The notes under the pieces are model-generated. The model was not told where the DNA came from and did not search any database. It saw only the letters and a list, made by a program, of their open reading frames with translations. A stretch of 63,854 nt of DNA, filler included, from Octopus bimaculoides (Eukaryota): NCBI RefSeq assembly GCF_001194135.2. It is 5 parts of 5 records of this genome, joined end to end, with 100 filler letters (N's around TTAATTAATTAA, not from the genome) between each part and the next. Parts side by side here need not be neighbours in the genome. Positions count along the whole stretch, not along the records: positions 17,915 to 38,839 come from NC_069000.1; positions 38,940 to 45,295 come from NW_026299678.1; positions 45,396 to 60,067 come from NC_068983.1; 2 more parts are not named here. One strand, 5' to 3'. The translations under genes and the position numbers were made by a program. Position 1 is the stretch's first letter. Each line of letters opens with the position of its first letter. Shown one piece after another: positions 38,547-49,950 of the stretch.

Positions 38547-39039
38547 CTTCTCACGGACGTGCTGTCACATCGGCTGCGAAGGTAAACGTTTATTTGACCT
38601 TTTATTGCCCATATTGTGTTGGAATTTTTGTATATAAGGTGTGTGAAGCACCAAACTTTCTTTTTATTGTGTTTTCAAGGTAGGAATTGGCCCTTTAGGG
38701 GCAGTTTCAACCTTTTTAAAATTATATATTTTCTTCTCGACATTGAAAAATGTCGAGAAACATAGTCATAGAACGCTGGACAGAAACTTTGATCAACGAA
38801 CATTTTCCTAGACTTGAGACGCTTGGAGAACAAAAAAATNNNNNNNNNNNNNNNNNNNNNNNNNNNNNNNNNNNNNNNNNNNNTTAATTAATTAANNNNN
38901 NNNNNNNNNNNNNNNNNNNNNNNNNNNNNNNNNNNNNNNCCCCCACCCACCCCACCACCACCACCGTGGGCCAGATTACAAAAGAAGCGCAGGGTCAGCA
39001 TGTCAAGGACATGTAATTCATATGACAATGTAGTAGTGC

Positions 39040-39326
39040 TTGCTAGATATATATAAGGGATGGTCACAGCTGGAACGCCTTTGATCAGGACTCAGCTGGG
39101 GCTAAACAACAACAACAGCTATAGCCACTAATACTAACTCCTATACTATACATTAGACAATGTAGTCCTAGATACACTATGCCTGAATAAAAGATGGGAT
39201 GGTCACAGGTGGAACGTCTCTGATCATAGGTCTGTCTGGATCAGGACTGACCTGGGGCTAAAACTATAGCTATTAATACTAACTCCTATACTATACATTA
39301 GACAATGTAGTCCTAGATACACTATG
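39040..39326. repeat. About 145-bp tandem repeat running into an approximately 800-N gap
   Basis: AATACTAACTCCTATACTATACATTAGACAATGTAGTCCTAGATACACTATG at 39130 and 39275. Related GGATGGTCAC..GGAA.GCC motifs at 41465 and, reversed, at about 44500-44600. Confidence 0.75.
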
Positions 39327-40304
39327 NNNNNNNNNNNNNNNNNNNNNNNNNNNNNNNNNNNNNNNNNNNNNNNNNNNNNNNNNNNNNNNNNNNNNNNNNN
39401 NNNNNNNNNNNNNNNNNNNNNNNNNNNNNNNNNNNNNNNNNNNNNNNNNNNNNNNNNNNNNNNNNNNNNNNNNNNNNNNNNNNNNNNNNNNNNNNNNNNN
39501 NNNNNNNNNNNNNNNNNNNNNNNNNNNNNNNNNNNNNNNNNNNNNNNNNNNNNNNNNNNNNNNNNNNNNNNNNNNNNNNNNNNNNNNNNNNNNNNNNNNN
39601 NNNNNNNNNNNNNNNNNNNNNNNNNNNNNNNNNNNNNNNNNNNNNNNNNNNNNNNNNNNNNNNNNNNNNNNNNNNNNNNNNNNNNNNNNNNNNNNNNNNN
39701 NNNNNNNNNNNNNNNNNNNNNNNNNNNNNNNNNNNNNNNNNNNNNNNNNNNNNNNNNNNNNNNNNNNNNNNNNNNNNNNNNNNNNNNNNNNNNNNNNNNN
39801 NNNNNNNNNNNNNNNNNNNNNNNNNNNNNNNNNNNNNNNNNNNNNNNNNNNNNNNNNNNNNNNNNNNNNNNNNNNNNNNNNNNNNNNNNNNNNNNNNNNN
39901 NNNNNNNNNNNNNNNNNNNNNNNNNNNNNNNNNNNNNNNNNNNNNNNNNNNNNNNNNNNNNNNNNNNNNNNNNNNNNNNNNNNNNNNNNNNNNNNNNNNN
40001 NNNNNNNNNNNNNNNNNNNNNNNNNNNNNNNNNNNNNNNNNNNNNNNNNNNNNNNNNNNNNNNNNNNNNNNNNNNNNNNNNNNNNNNNNNNNNNNNNNNN
40101 NNNNNNNNNNNNNNNNNNNNNNNNNNNNNNCAGAAACAGTAGCCAAATCTCCCTCACACACCGTCCCGTTCCCACGCCTTGCGTTCGATAACGTTGTCCA
40201 AGGTGGACTCTTCCAGAACAACAGGCGAGATGCTTATCGATGGCTGACCTAAACAACCACACACACACACACACACACACACTAACACACGCATTTCTAA
40301 CTTG

Positions 40305-40530
40305 TCATTTCACTGCGGCCATGCTGGGGCACCCTCCACGTTGAAGGGTTTCGGTGGGGCATATCGACTCCAGCAGTTATTTATAAACACGGTACATATT
40401 CTATAGGTCTCTTGCTAAGATATGGGAACGTAAACAAACCAACAGCGGGTGTCAGACAATAGTAACAACACAAACATAAGCACACACACACACACACACA
40501 CGTGTGTATGTGTCTATACACACACACAAC
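40305..40530 (-). mobile_element. SINE family A 3' half
   Basis: CTGCGGCCATGCTGGGGCACC..GTAAACAAACCAACAGCGG. Confidence 0.75.
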
Positions 40531-40689
40531 AGNNNNNNNNNNNNNNNNNNNNNNNNNNNNNNNNNNNNNNNNNNNNNNNNNNNNNNNNNNNNNNNNNNNN
40601 NNNNNNNNNNNNNNNNNNNNNNNNNNNNNNNNNNNNNNNNNNNNNNNNNNNNNNNNNNNNTAGTAAAAAAAAAAAAAGACTTGCTTAAG

Positions 40690-41212
40690 ACGTTGCAGAG
40701 CGACACGCCGGACAAAAATGCTTAGCGGCATTTCGTCCGTTCGCTTCGTTCCGAGTTCAAATTCTGCCGAGGTCGACTTTGCCTTTCATCCTGTCGCGGT
40801 CGATAAATCAAGTACCAGTTGAGTACTGGGGTCGATCTAATCGACTAGTCCCTTCCCAATAAACTCCAGGTCTTGGGCACCTGTAAAGAAAAGAAGGGCT
40901 CTTGCCCTGTTGTTTAGGCACCCTTGGCTTTTGTGCGTTTTTCCACAAGGACCTTAAAGCGCCCTCCATCTTGAGAGTTTTTAATTTGTTCAATTTTTAT
41001 TGTTATTACATTGTGTACACGCGAAACCCCATTTTTATTTCTTTATTGCCCACAAGGGGCTAAACATAGAGGGGACAAACAAGGACAGACAAAGGGATTA
41101 AGTCGATTACATCGACCCCAGTGCGTAACTGGTACTTAATTTATCGACCCCGAAAGGATGAAAGGCAAAGTAGACCTCGGCGGAATTCGAACTCAGAACG
41201 TAACGGCAAACG
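40690..41212. mobile_element. Inverted pair of CpG-intact SINE-B copies (+ 40690-40900; - 41030-41212)
   Basis: CCGAGGTCGACTTTGCC..GGTCGATAAAT versus ATTTATCGACCCCGAAAGG..CCTCGGCGGAATTCG. Confidence 0.85.
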
Positions 41213-41624
41213 GTATCGTCTTGTTTTTGTATGTGATCCCTTTTGACCAATTAAAGAATCCCATTTCTTCTTTCAAAACCCTTTAGTTTTTATTGCCCTG
41301 TGTTTGTCCTATCCTGTTTTTGATCAGAGCCCTTGTCGCCACTAAAACCAGAATTAATTATTATTATTACTAATATGCTCCACTGTCTGCTAGAAAGAGT
41401 AGACAAATTATCCTCTGGAGACACATACACGGTTCATCTACCCACGTAATGCTAAATACAGAAGGGTGGTCACGGGTGGAATGCCTCTCATCTTGGACAG
41501 GTTTGCCTGATCAAGATTCAGCTGGGGTTCAACAACTGCAAAATCTGTTGCAGTCACGCCAGACTGTATACGACGCAATTTAATAGTGCAGCGTACAAGG
41601 TGATACATATATATATATATATAT

Positions 41625-41865
41625 TCTCTTTTACTTGTTTCAGTCATTTGACTGCGGCCATGCTGGAGCACCGCCTTTAGTCGAGCAAATTGACCCCAGG
41701 ACTTATTTTTTGTAAGCCTAGTACTTATTCTATCGGTCTCTTTTTGCCGAACCGCTACGTAAACACACCAGCATCGNNNNNNNNNNGCCCAAGGTGCCAC
41801 GCAGTGGGACTGAACCCGGAACCATATGGTTGGTAGGCAAGCTACTTACCACACAGACACTCCTG
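41625..41865 (-). mobile_element. SINE family A, CpG-intact
   Basis: CTGCGGCCATGCTGGAGCACCGCCTTTAGTCGAGC. Confidence 0.85.
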
Positions 41866-42884
41866 CGCCTCTATATAGTATATAAATACGCATGTTTTTT
41901 TTATTCACACACACACAAAAACCTGTGTATGGATAATACATGTATATGTGTATGAGGTGTATATAGGATCGCTGTATGTACGGTGTGTATACGTATGCTG
42001 ATAAGAAAGATGGTGTGTGTATAAGAGGGGTGTCGGGTGGATTGATAGTCAAGAACTGTGACAGTTGGTCGTTATCACACGTTAATTAGCCAACACAAAC
42101 ACAAGGTATATATACACACCCATATATATATAAACATACACACCCATATATATATATATATATATATATTTTCTGTAATAACGAACATATACACCCATGT
42201 ATATAACACGCAAAACAAGCATATAAGGTGTGTGTGTGTATGTATATATATATATATATATATATACATNNNNNNNNNNNNNNNNNNNNNNNNNNNNNNN
42301 NNNNNNNNNNNNNNNNNNNNNNNNNNNNNNNNNNNNNNNNNNNNNNNNNNNNNNNNNNNNNNNNNNNNNNNNNNNNNNNNNNNNNNNNNNNNNNNNNNNN
42401 NNNNNNNNNNNNNNNNNNNNNNNNNNNNNNNNNNNNNNNNNNNNNNNNNNNNNNNNNNNNNNNNNNNNNNNNNNNNNNNNNNNNNNNNNNNNNNNNNNNN
42501 NNNNNNNNNNNNNNNNNNNNNNNNNNNNNNNNNNNNNNNNNNNNNNNNNNNNNNNNNNNNNNNNNNNNNNNNNNNNNNNNNNNNNNNNNNNNNNNNNNNN
42601 NNNNNNNNNNNNNNNNNNNNNNNNNNNNNNNNNNNNNNNNNNNNNNNNNNNNNNNNNNNNNNNNNNNNNNNNNNNNNNNNNNNNNNNNNNNNNNNNNNNN
42701 NNNNNNNNNNNNNNNNNNNNNNNNNNNNNNNNNNNNNNNNNNNNNNNNNNNNNNNNNNNNNNNNNNCGACACCTGCCTTCCTCGTTTTCACGGTGGTGGC
42801 GGAGTTGTGTTGGTGGTGGTCGTCGTGGCAAGCATAATAGCTGTTGCAGAAACTGTCATAGTAGCAGAATTCGCGTGTATACGC

Positions 42885-42922
<38 letters not shown>

Positions 42923-42961
42923 GCGTATATCTAATCAGATTGTTTTCAATAATTATAATAA

Positions 42962-42992
<31 letters not shown>

Positions 42993-43141
42993 TACATCTA
43001 TCTATCTATATATATAGCAGTATATATGTTTACAATGAGTATATATATGTGTGAGTGTATAATAATACGCTAACACTGTGTTAGTGTTAACATACATCCA
43101 TATATAATTGTGTGTATATTAGCGCACTATATATAAAAACA

Positions 43142-43194
<53 letters not shown>

Positions 43195-43351
43195 AGAGAG
43201 AGAGAGAGAGTGTGTGTGTGTGTATAAATATGTACATCCACACACGAGTGTGTGTAAAGTGTATACACACACACACACACACACACACAAGTTGTGCCCC
43301 AGCATGACCGCTGCAGCTTTAGAGCTGAAAGAGTTTAAATATTCCTGTATA

Positions 43352-43608
43352 CAGCAATCCTTCGCCATATCGCGGTTCAACCCACCTATCGCGGTTCACT
43401 CCGCCTATCGCGGTTTATTATTTTAAGCTTACGTCGATTCCTCCATGATGGTGTTTTGCATTTATAAAAAATAAATATATACAAATTCGGAAAATAATTT
43501 TAAAAAATATATATATATTCAAGGTACAATACTGTTTCTACTTGGCGGATCTTCACCTATCGCGACGAGTTTTGGAACATAACACCTATGATAGTCGACG
43601 GATTACTG
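43352..43608. mobile_element. Pogo/Tigger-like MITE
   Basis: TA-CAGCAATCCTTCG... / ...CGACGGATTACTG termini; subterminal CCTATCGCG repeats. Confidence 0.7.
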
Positions 43609-44226
43609 TGTGTATGTATATATATATATAATTTGCTGATACAGAGAAAAACAAAGAACTCAAAACGTGTGTGTGTGTGTGTGTATTTAATCGGTAGATG
43701 TTAGTGCGACTCAACGGACAAGAGTTTCGTGCAACATGCTATATACACACGTGTGTGTGGGGTGAACAATCTTAATCCCTTATGTATACACTATACACAA
43801 ACATTATATATATATATATATATATACATACACAATGTATGTATATATATATACATACATATATGTATATATACATACACAATGTATGTATATATATACA
43901 TACATATATGTATATATATATATACATACACAATGTATGTATATATATACATACATATATGTATATATATATATACACACATGTATATATATATATACAC
44001 ATGTATATATATATATACACACACATGCATATATATACACACACATGTATATATATATATAAACACATGTATATATATAAAAACACGAAAATACACACAC
44101 ACACATATATATACACACATATATAGATACACATATATATACACACACACACGTATATATATATAGACACACATACACACGTATATATACACATATATAC
44201 AGACATATATATATACATACACACAC

Positions 44227-44257
<31 letters not shown>

Positions 44258-45395
44258 CATATAATTATACACACACACGCATATATATATACACACGTGT
44301 TGGTAATAGTGACAGTAGCGAGGTGACACAACCTTCGTTACCATTACAACTAGCGCCAAAACTACAACTCCAGTAGCAGCGGAAACAGTGGTGGTGGTGG
44401 TGGTGTGTCATGCCACCACCACCACCACCAACACCTCAAGCACTGCTACAAAAGAGCACCGCCGCCGCCACCACCCACAGCTCTAAATGACAGTCGCTGT
44501 TTAACCCTGGGTCTAGTCCTCATCAAGCAGTCAGACATATCGATAAATCATGATCAAGGCCGGCCAGACCAACCGACCGTGGCCATCCCATCTCTCTGCC
44601 ATACCAGACGAGACAGAAACACTGTTAAATGCCTCCTTGCCGGAGGTGGTCGTGGTGAGGTTAGCTGCTATATTTAGCACTTCAAACGACCACGTTGCGG
44701 CGGCTGCCCTCGCTGTGCGGGTGCGGCGGGGTGGAGAATAGTAGTAACAGTAGTATTAGCAGAGGTGGTGGTGGTGCTGCTGCTGCTAGCGGTGCAGTAT
44801 ATGCAACAGTCATGCATTGAACTGTAATAGTACACAGCAATCTACAGCCGAGATATTGATGGCGGCGGCGGTGCAACAGCAAGGTAATGCTAGATTTAAT
44901 TCTACGGTGGCGGCGGCGGCGGTGATGCAATGCCATCATCAACAGCTGCTGCTGCAACTGATATGACTACTACAGCGAAGTATTATAAATAGCGGCAACA
45001 ACAGTGCACTGAATGGATGGTGGTGGTACGTAGGGTGTTGGGGAGGAGATGTTGGTAATATGCAGCAGTAGCAATGGCGGTGGGGGATAACGGGGGGTTT
45101 ATGCAGTGTCATCAACGACAACAACAGCAGAATAACAAACACACTGACTACACACACACACACACACAATTTACTATTAAGGCGGTGAGCTTGACAGATT
45201 CGTTAGCAGTATTTCGTCCGCCTTTACTACGTTCTGAGTTCAAATTCCGCCAAGGTCGACTTCGTCTTTCATTCTTTCGGGGGTCGATAGATTAANNNNN
45301 NNNNNNNNNNNNNNNNNNNNNNNNNNNNNNNNNNNNNNNTTAATTAATTAANNNNNNNNNNNNNNNNNNNNNNNNNNNNNNNNNNNNNNNNNNNN

Positions 45396-45590
45396 ATAAC
45401 TCGAATGTGGAATCTAAAAACAGAAACAATTCCTATCATAGTAGGTGCCTTAGGTATAATAAAAAATATATTCAGACAAATACATAACAAAAACACCAGG
45501 ACTTACAAATATATATAACATACAGAAAATTGCACTACTGGGTACTGCACACATTCTACGCAAAACACTTTCAATACAGTAAACATAAGA
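45396..45590 (+). mobile_element. R4/Dong-type LINE C-terminus
   Basis: ITRMWNLKTETIPIIVGALGII..KTPGLTNIYNIQKIALLGTAHILRKTLSIQ*. Confidence 0.85.
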
Positions 45591-45770
45591 GCACCACAGC
45601 AAACCACAGCACATACCCAAGGAGGGTATATCAGCCGAAACGTTGTGTTAACAACAAACAAGATGAGGACAAATATCCATCAAATGTAAATAATGTAAAT
45701 AATGTAAATAAAGCAGATGCTTATCTCCTTAATTATTTTTATAATTCTATTATTAACATTTTCATAATTA

Positions 45771-45845
<75 letters not shown>

Positions 45846-45849
45846 CATA

Positions 45850-47469
45850 ATCATTGTTATTTATTGCTTTGCACAGCTTCTAACGCTGAAGATGTATTAT
45901 AGTGTCAGCTGTTCACTACCAGTGAGCTAAGGTAACCCCTCTTATTTTTCGAGCACCTTCCGGATTATTCAAGCGCTTCCAAGCAATGCTGTTTTCTGCA
46001 AGTGCTCCATCCTTATTGCAGCCCCTATTTGTTCTCGAGATTTTTGCCCAATGTTCCCAGGACACCAGCAATTATTGGTACTACTGCTACCTATTTCATC
46101 AACCACAACTACTTAACTCCCCAAGCTAACCTGTCATATCTCTCGACTTTGCTTTCTTCCTTATCGCATACCTTGTTGTCAGCTGGGCATGCTATATCTA
46201 TGATCCAGCATAGTTTGTTTTCTTTCTCAATTAAGACTATGTCTGGCTTCCTATTCTCAATCTCATGGTCGCACTAAATTGTAAAATCCCATAGGATCTT
46301 TGCATTTCTATTTTCGACAATGCCTTCAGGTTTGTGGTCGTACCAGTTTTTGTTCTGTCAAGTCCATAGTTGTTGCAAAGTATCCAATATAGCCTGGCTA
46401 TATTATCGTAACGTCTCTTATATTCCTTCTGGACTAGTGGTGTACATTGGCTGGTAATATGCCATACGGTTTCACAGTTTTGTCCACAGATTCTGCACTT
46501 ATCACTTTCTGATGTGCTGTCTATTCTGTATTTTATGTAGTTTTGTTCTTAGTGCTTGCTCTTGGGCAGCACAGATTAGAGCCTCCGTTTCCGGTTTTAA
46601 ATCCCTTTTAGTCATCCACAGCCATCTTTTTTCTCTATCTCATCTCCAAAATCCCTATGAAATTGACCATGCATTCTTTTCTTTACCCACCTATTTTCAG
46701 TTTCATTCGTTTCCATTTTCTTGTGTAGTACTTTATCTTTGCAATCTTTCATCCTACACAAGCCTGAAGTTCTGAATTCTAGTAATAGCGGTTCTTTGGC
46801 ATTTTTTACATACCATGCTATGTTGTTTTCTTCTGATCTAAAACTATGTTCGCATCCAGGAAATCCTCTTCTCCCTCTTTTTCTTGGTACATAGTCTGTC
46901 TGTGTCACTTTTTGGGTGGAGTGACCCATATCTAGTTAGCAACTTCCTTGTCTTTCTGTCTAAGCTGTTTAGTTCATCACTGTCAATGCGATTACCCCTG
47001 CTCTATATCTAAGGAGTGAAACCGCCCAGGTGTTGATAGCTTCGACCTTATTCCGTCCGTTTAATTTCGACCTAAGAATTGGTCTCAGTCTGCGTAAGTA
47101 CTCCACCTTGAATTTTTCTGCCATTTCTTTTTCCATTAATTTATCCATTTCCAAAATCCCCAAGTACTTATAGCCCGTCTCTTCTATCTGCTTCATAACC
47201 TCTCCCGACGGTATCGTTAGTCCGTCCATACATTTGATTTTGCCTCTCTTCGATACTAACACACCACACTTTTTCAGTCCGAACTCCATTCTGATATTAT
47301 CACTGAAGGTATACACCATATCAAAGAAGGAACGGACTTGGGCTTCATCTTTACCATAAAATTTGAGGTCATCCATGAGTAACAAATGGTTGACTTTTTG
47401 TTGGCGGCTTTTGAATACATACCTAGCTTTTGCTTTCCTCAGAATCAGTGTCAGTGGTATCAAGCGCAA
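45850..47469 (-). mobile_element. R4/Dong-type LINE, 5'-truncated (RT domains 5-7, CCHC finger, RLE), frameshifted
   Basis: KVNHLLLMDDLKFYGK..FGLKKC..YKYLGILE..NKVEAINTWAV; CR.C..ETV.H; ILWDF..KPDIV..WIIDIA. (AAT)n tail at about 45770-45846. Confidence 0.9.
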
Positions 47470-47640
47470 TTATGATATGTTTGACTTTTGCTTCGTATTT
47501 GCACAAGTTGACTCCAAGTCTCACCCAGAGACCTCAAGAGACGACAAGTTAGAAGTTCAAGCTGGTGTTATGCCTAGGAACTGATATATTTGGTTTTCAC
47601 ACAGTATTGTTCTAGAGAATGTTTAAGAAATCATAAGAAT
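47467..47640 (-). mobile_element. 3' UTR of another non-LTR element abutting the 5' end of the R4-like copy
   Basis: Minus strand ends GCAAAAGTCAAACATATCATAAT directly before the RT fragment. The R4 assignment is from recollection of similar tails. Confidence 0.45.
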
Positions 47641-47671
47641 ATTATGAGTTTATTATTATTATCATTATTAC

Positions 47672-47742
<71 letters not shown>

Positions 47743-47751
47743 GCAGCAGTG

Positions 47752-47798
<47 letters not shown>

Positions 47799-47799
<1 letters not shown>

Positions 47800-48010
47800 A
47801 GGCGGCGAACTGGCAGAATCGTCAGCACGACGGGCGAAATGATTTGCGGTATTTCGTCCGTCTTCACGTTCTGAGTTCAAATTGTGCCGAGGTTGACTTT
47901 GTCTTTCTTCTCTTTGGGGTCGATTAAATAAGTACCAGTTACTCACTGGGGTCGATGTAATCGACTTAATCCGTTCCCCCAAATATGAGGCTTTGTGCTT
48001 CCAGTAGAAA
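47799..48010 (+). mobile_element. SINE family B, CpG-intact
   Basis: AAGGCGGCGAACTGGCAGAATCGTCAGCACGACGGGCG. Confidence 0.85.
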
Positions 48011-48320
48011 TCATTATATTTACTCTTTCGTAACACAGTGTAGGTAAAATTGCACCGGTGTCTTTAGTCATCTGTGAAGACACAAGGACCTCAGACAGAT
48101 AATACTTTCCTTAAGATGTGCGCTGTGCCCAGAAAGGCTGCTTTTTGCAAACATCAATGTTGCATGGGATTTTCAGTTGCCTTAAGAGGTCTTGAAGTTT
48201 CAATGGGATTGAGCCCAACGCTCCGATCACCATTGGTATCACTTTTATATTATCCTCTCGTATTCCATACAGTCTTACCAGTTCCACTTTCAATTCGGAG
48301 TACTTGGTGATTTTTTCAAC
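48010..48320 (-). mobile_element. R4/Dong-type LINE C-terminus (different subfamily)
   Basis: KYSELKVELVRLYG..KVIPMVIGALGSIP..QKAAFLGTAHILRKVLSV*. Confidence 0.85.
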
Positions 48321-49734
48321 CTCCTGGGGGTCGATTTGCTCGACTAAAGGCGGTGCTCCGAAACAAGTAAAAAACAAAGAAAAAAATTTACAGTACTGCG
48401 AAAAAAGTATTAGATATAAAAGTTAGTAGATGTGGATGTACAAATGCCAACACATTCGTGATCTTGCGCACGTCACTCGCTCGTGCAAACGCACACGCAC
48501 ACGCGTGGTTTAGAGCACATAGACGCGCACACAAAATTGAGTAGATATTAATAAAGTGACTGTCAATTACTGGCTAGTGATATAAGTCCACTTGATGAGG
48601 AATCACTGATTTTGTTGTGCGGTTCATTGGGTCTGGCTGGTGTATTTATAGCAGTTGCATAGTCATAAATACGGACATAAATACTGACATAGTAGATGTG
48701 TATATTTTGAATGACTAATAAAACAACCGACAACCTGTAACAAGCATCAATGCTAGGGTTAGGATCACCGGTGTAGACTCGCTTCTTTATGAAACATAAG
48801 GCACGCATCTCAAATAATTTTAGCCCATTTATCCTCACATATAATGCATGTTTTGCGTCAATATAACATTCAACTTATGTCCAGACACACATATTACACA
48901 GAGGCGATTGGTGTATATGACAATGTGCAAGCATTATACAGGGACGCATAATATAGGGTATTAGGTTAATGCACATTGAAATTTTTTGTCTCATTTTCTT
49001 TTTCTCTCTTTCTCTTTCCATTATCTCTGTCTCTCTTTGTCTGTCTCTCCCTTTCTGCCTCCTTCTCTCTTTCTCTCTACCTCTAACTTTCTATCTACCT
49101 GTGATTTCTCATATCCAATATAATTAAGGCAATCCTTAATTGTAAATATTCTCATGAACACATACAATATCACTGGAGTGGAAAACGTGTCCAATAAACT
49201 TTGTATGGTTAAATAGATAAATAGAAATGTATTAAAAATGTCTTACTCATATATTTTTTTATATTATACGTACAAATACTTTATACTATATGTAACTTGC
49301 AAATATATATATACATGTGTATGTGTATTATTCTTATACCAGAATGTTCTTGACAGGGACTTTATTGTCTCCATTGCAGCTGCCCATGTCACGTCTTATA
49401 GTTTTACAGTATTCACAGAACTTTGAGATGTCCTAATGTCGGTATTTTGATACCCGACACGAATCATTATACTGATAACTCTTTTCCAATATTCAGATGG
49501 CTTCCACTACTCTCATGTCAGCTAACTTTTACTCAACTACAACTGTAATCTTAATGCTTTCCAACACCATTGACTGTTCCTCAATCAAGGTGTTCTTGAG
49601 ACAAGGAGAAAAATTTATTTTGAACGCCCTGTACATGCATTCATACGTACGCCTCTGTATGCGTGTATGTATGCATGTATGAATGTGAGTGCGTATATAT
49701 ATGTGTTTATGTATATATATATATATATATATGC

Positions 49735-49950
49735 GAGAATGTACGAAAAAACAACAACAGACGAGGACAGGTGGTGTAAACAACAAAAGGATGTATTAGT
49801 ATGACGCTCGGGAATACGGAAAGTCTTTAACGTTTCGAGCTACGCTCTTCAACAGAAAGAATACGGAGACAAGGAGAAAAACACGGAGAAAAAAAATTGA
49901 ATAGTGTTCAGTCAACGGTCAATCATAGTAATGGCTGACCGGAAGTTAGA
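49735..49950 (-). mobile_element. Penelope-like terminal repeat fragment next to (TA)n
   Basis: AACGTTTCGAGC..GCTCTTC motif. Second copy at 57948-58135, also next to (TA)n. Confidence 0.6.
49824..49860 (-). ncRNA. Variant minimal type-I hammerhead ribozyme motif
   Basis: Minus strand TCTTT-CTGTTGAA-GAGC(GTA)GCTC-GAA-ACGT-T-AAAGA: stem I, core, stem II, GAAA, palindromic stem III, GUU triplet. Confidence 0.55.

Noticed and set aside
44300-45130. GC-rich stretch with several short ORFs
   Set aside because: Degenerate GGC/GGT/CAG repeats plus a dispersed repeat; no coherent frame.
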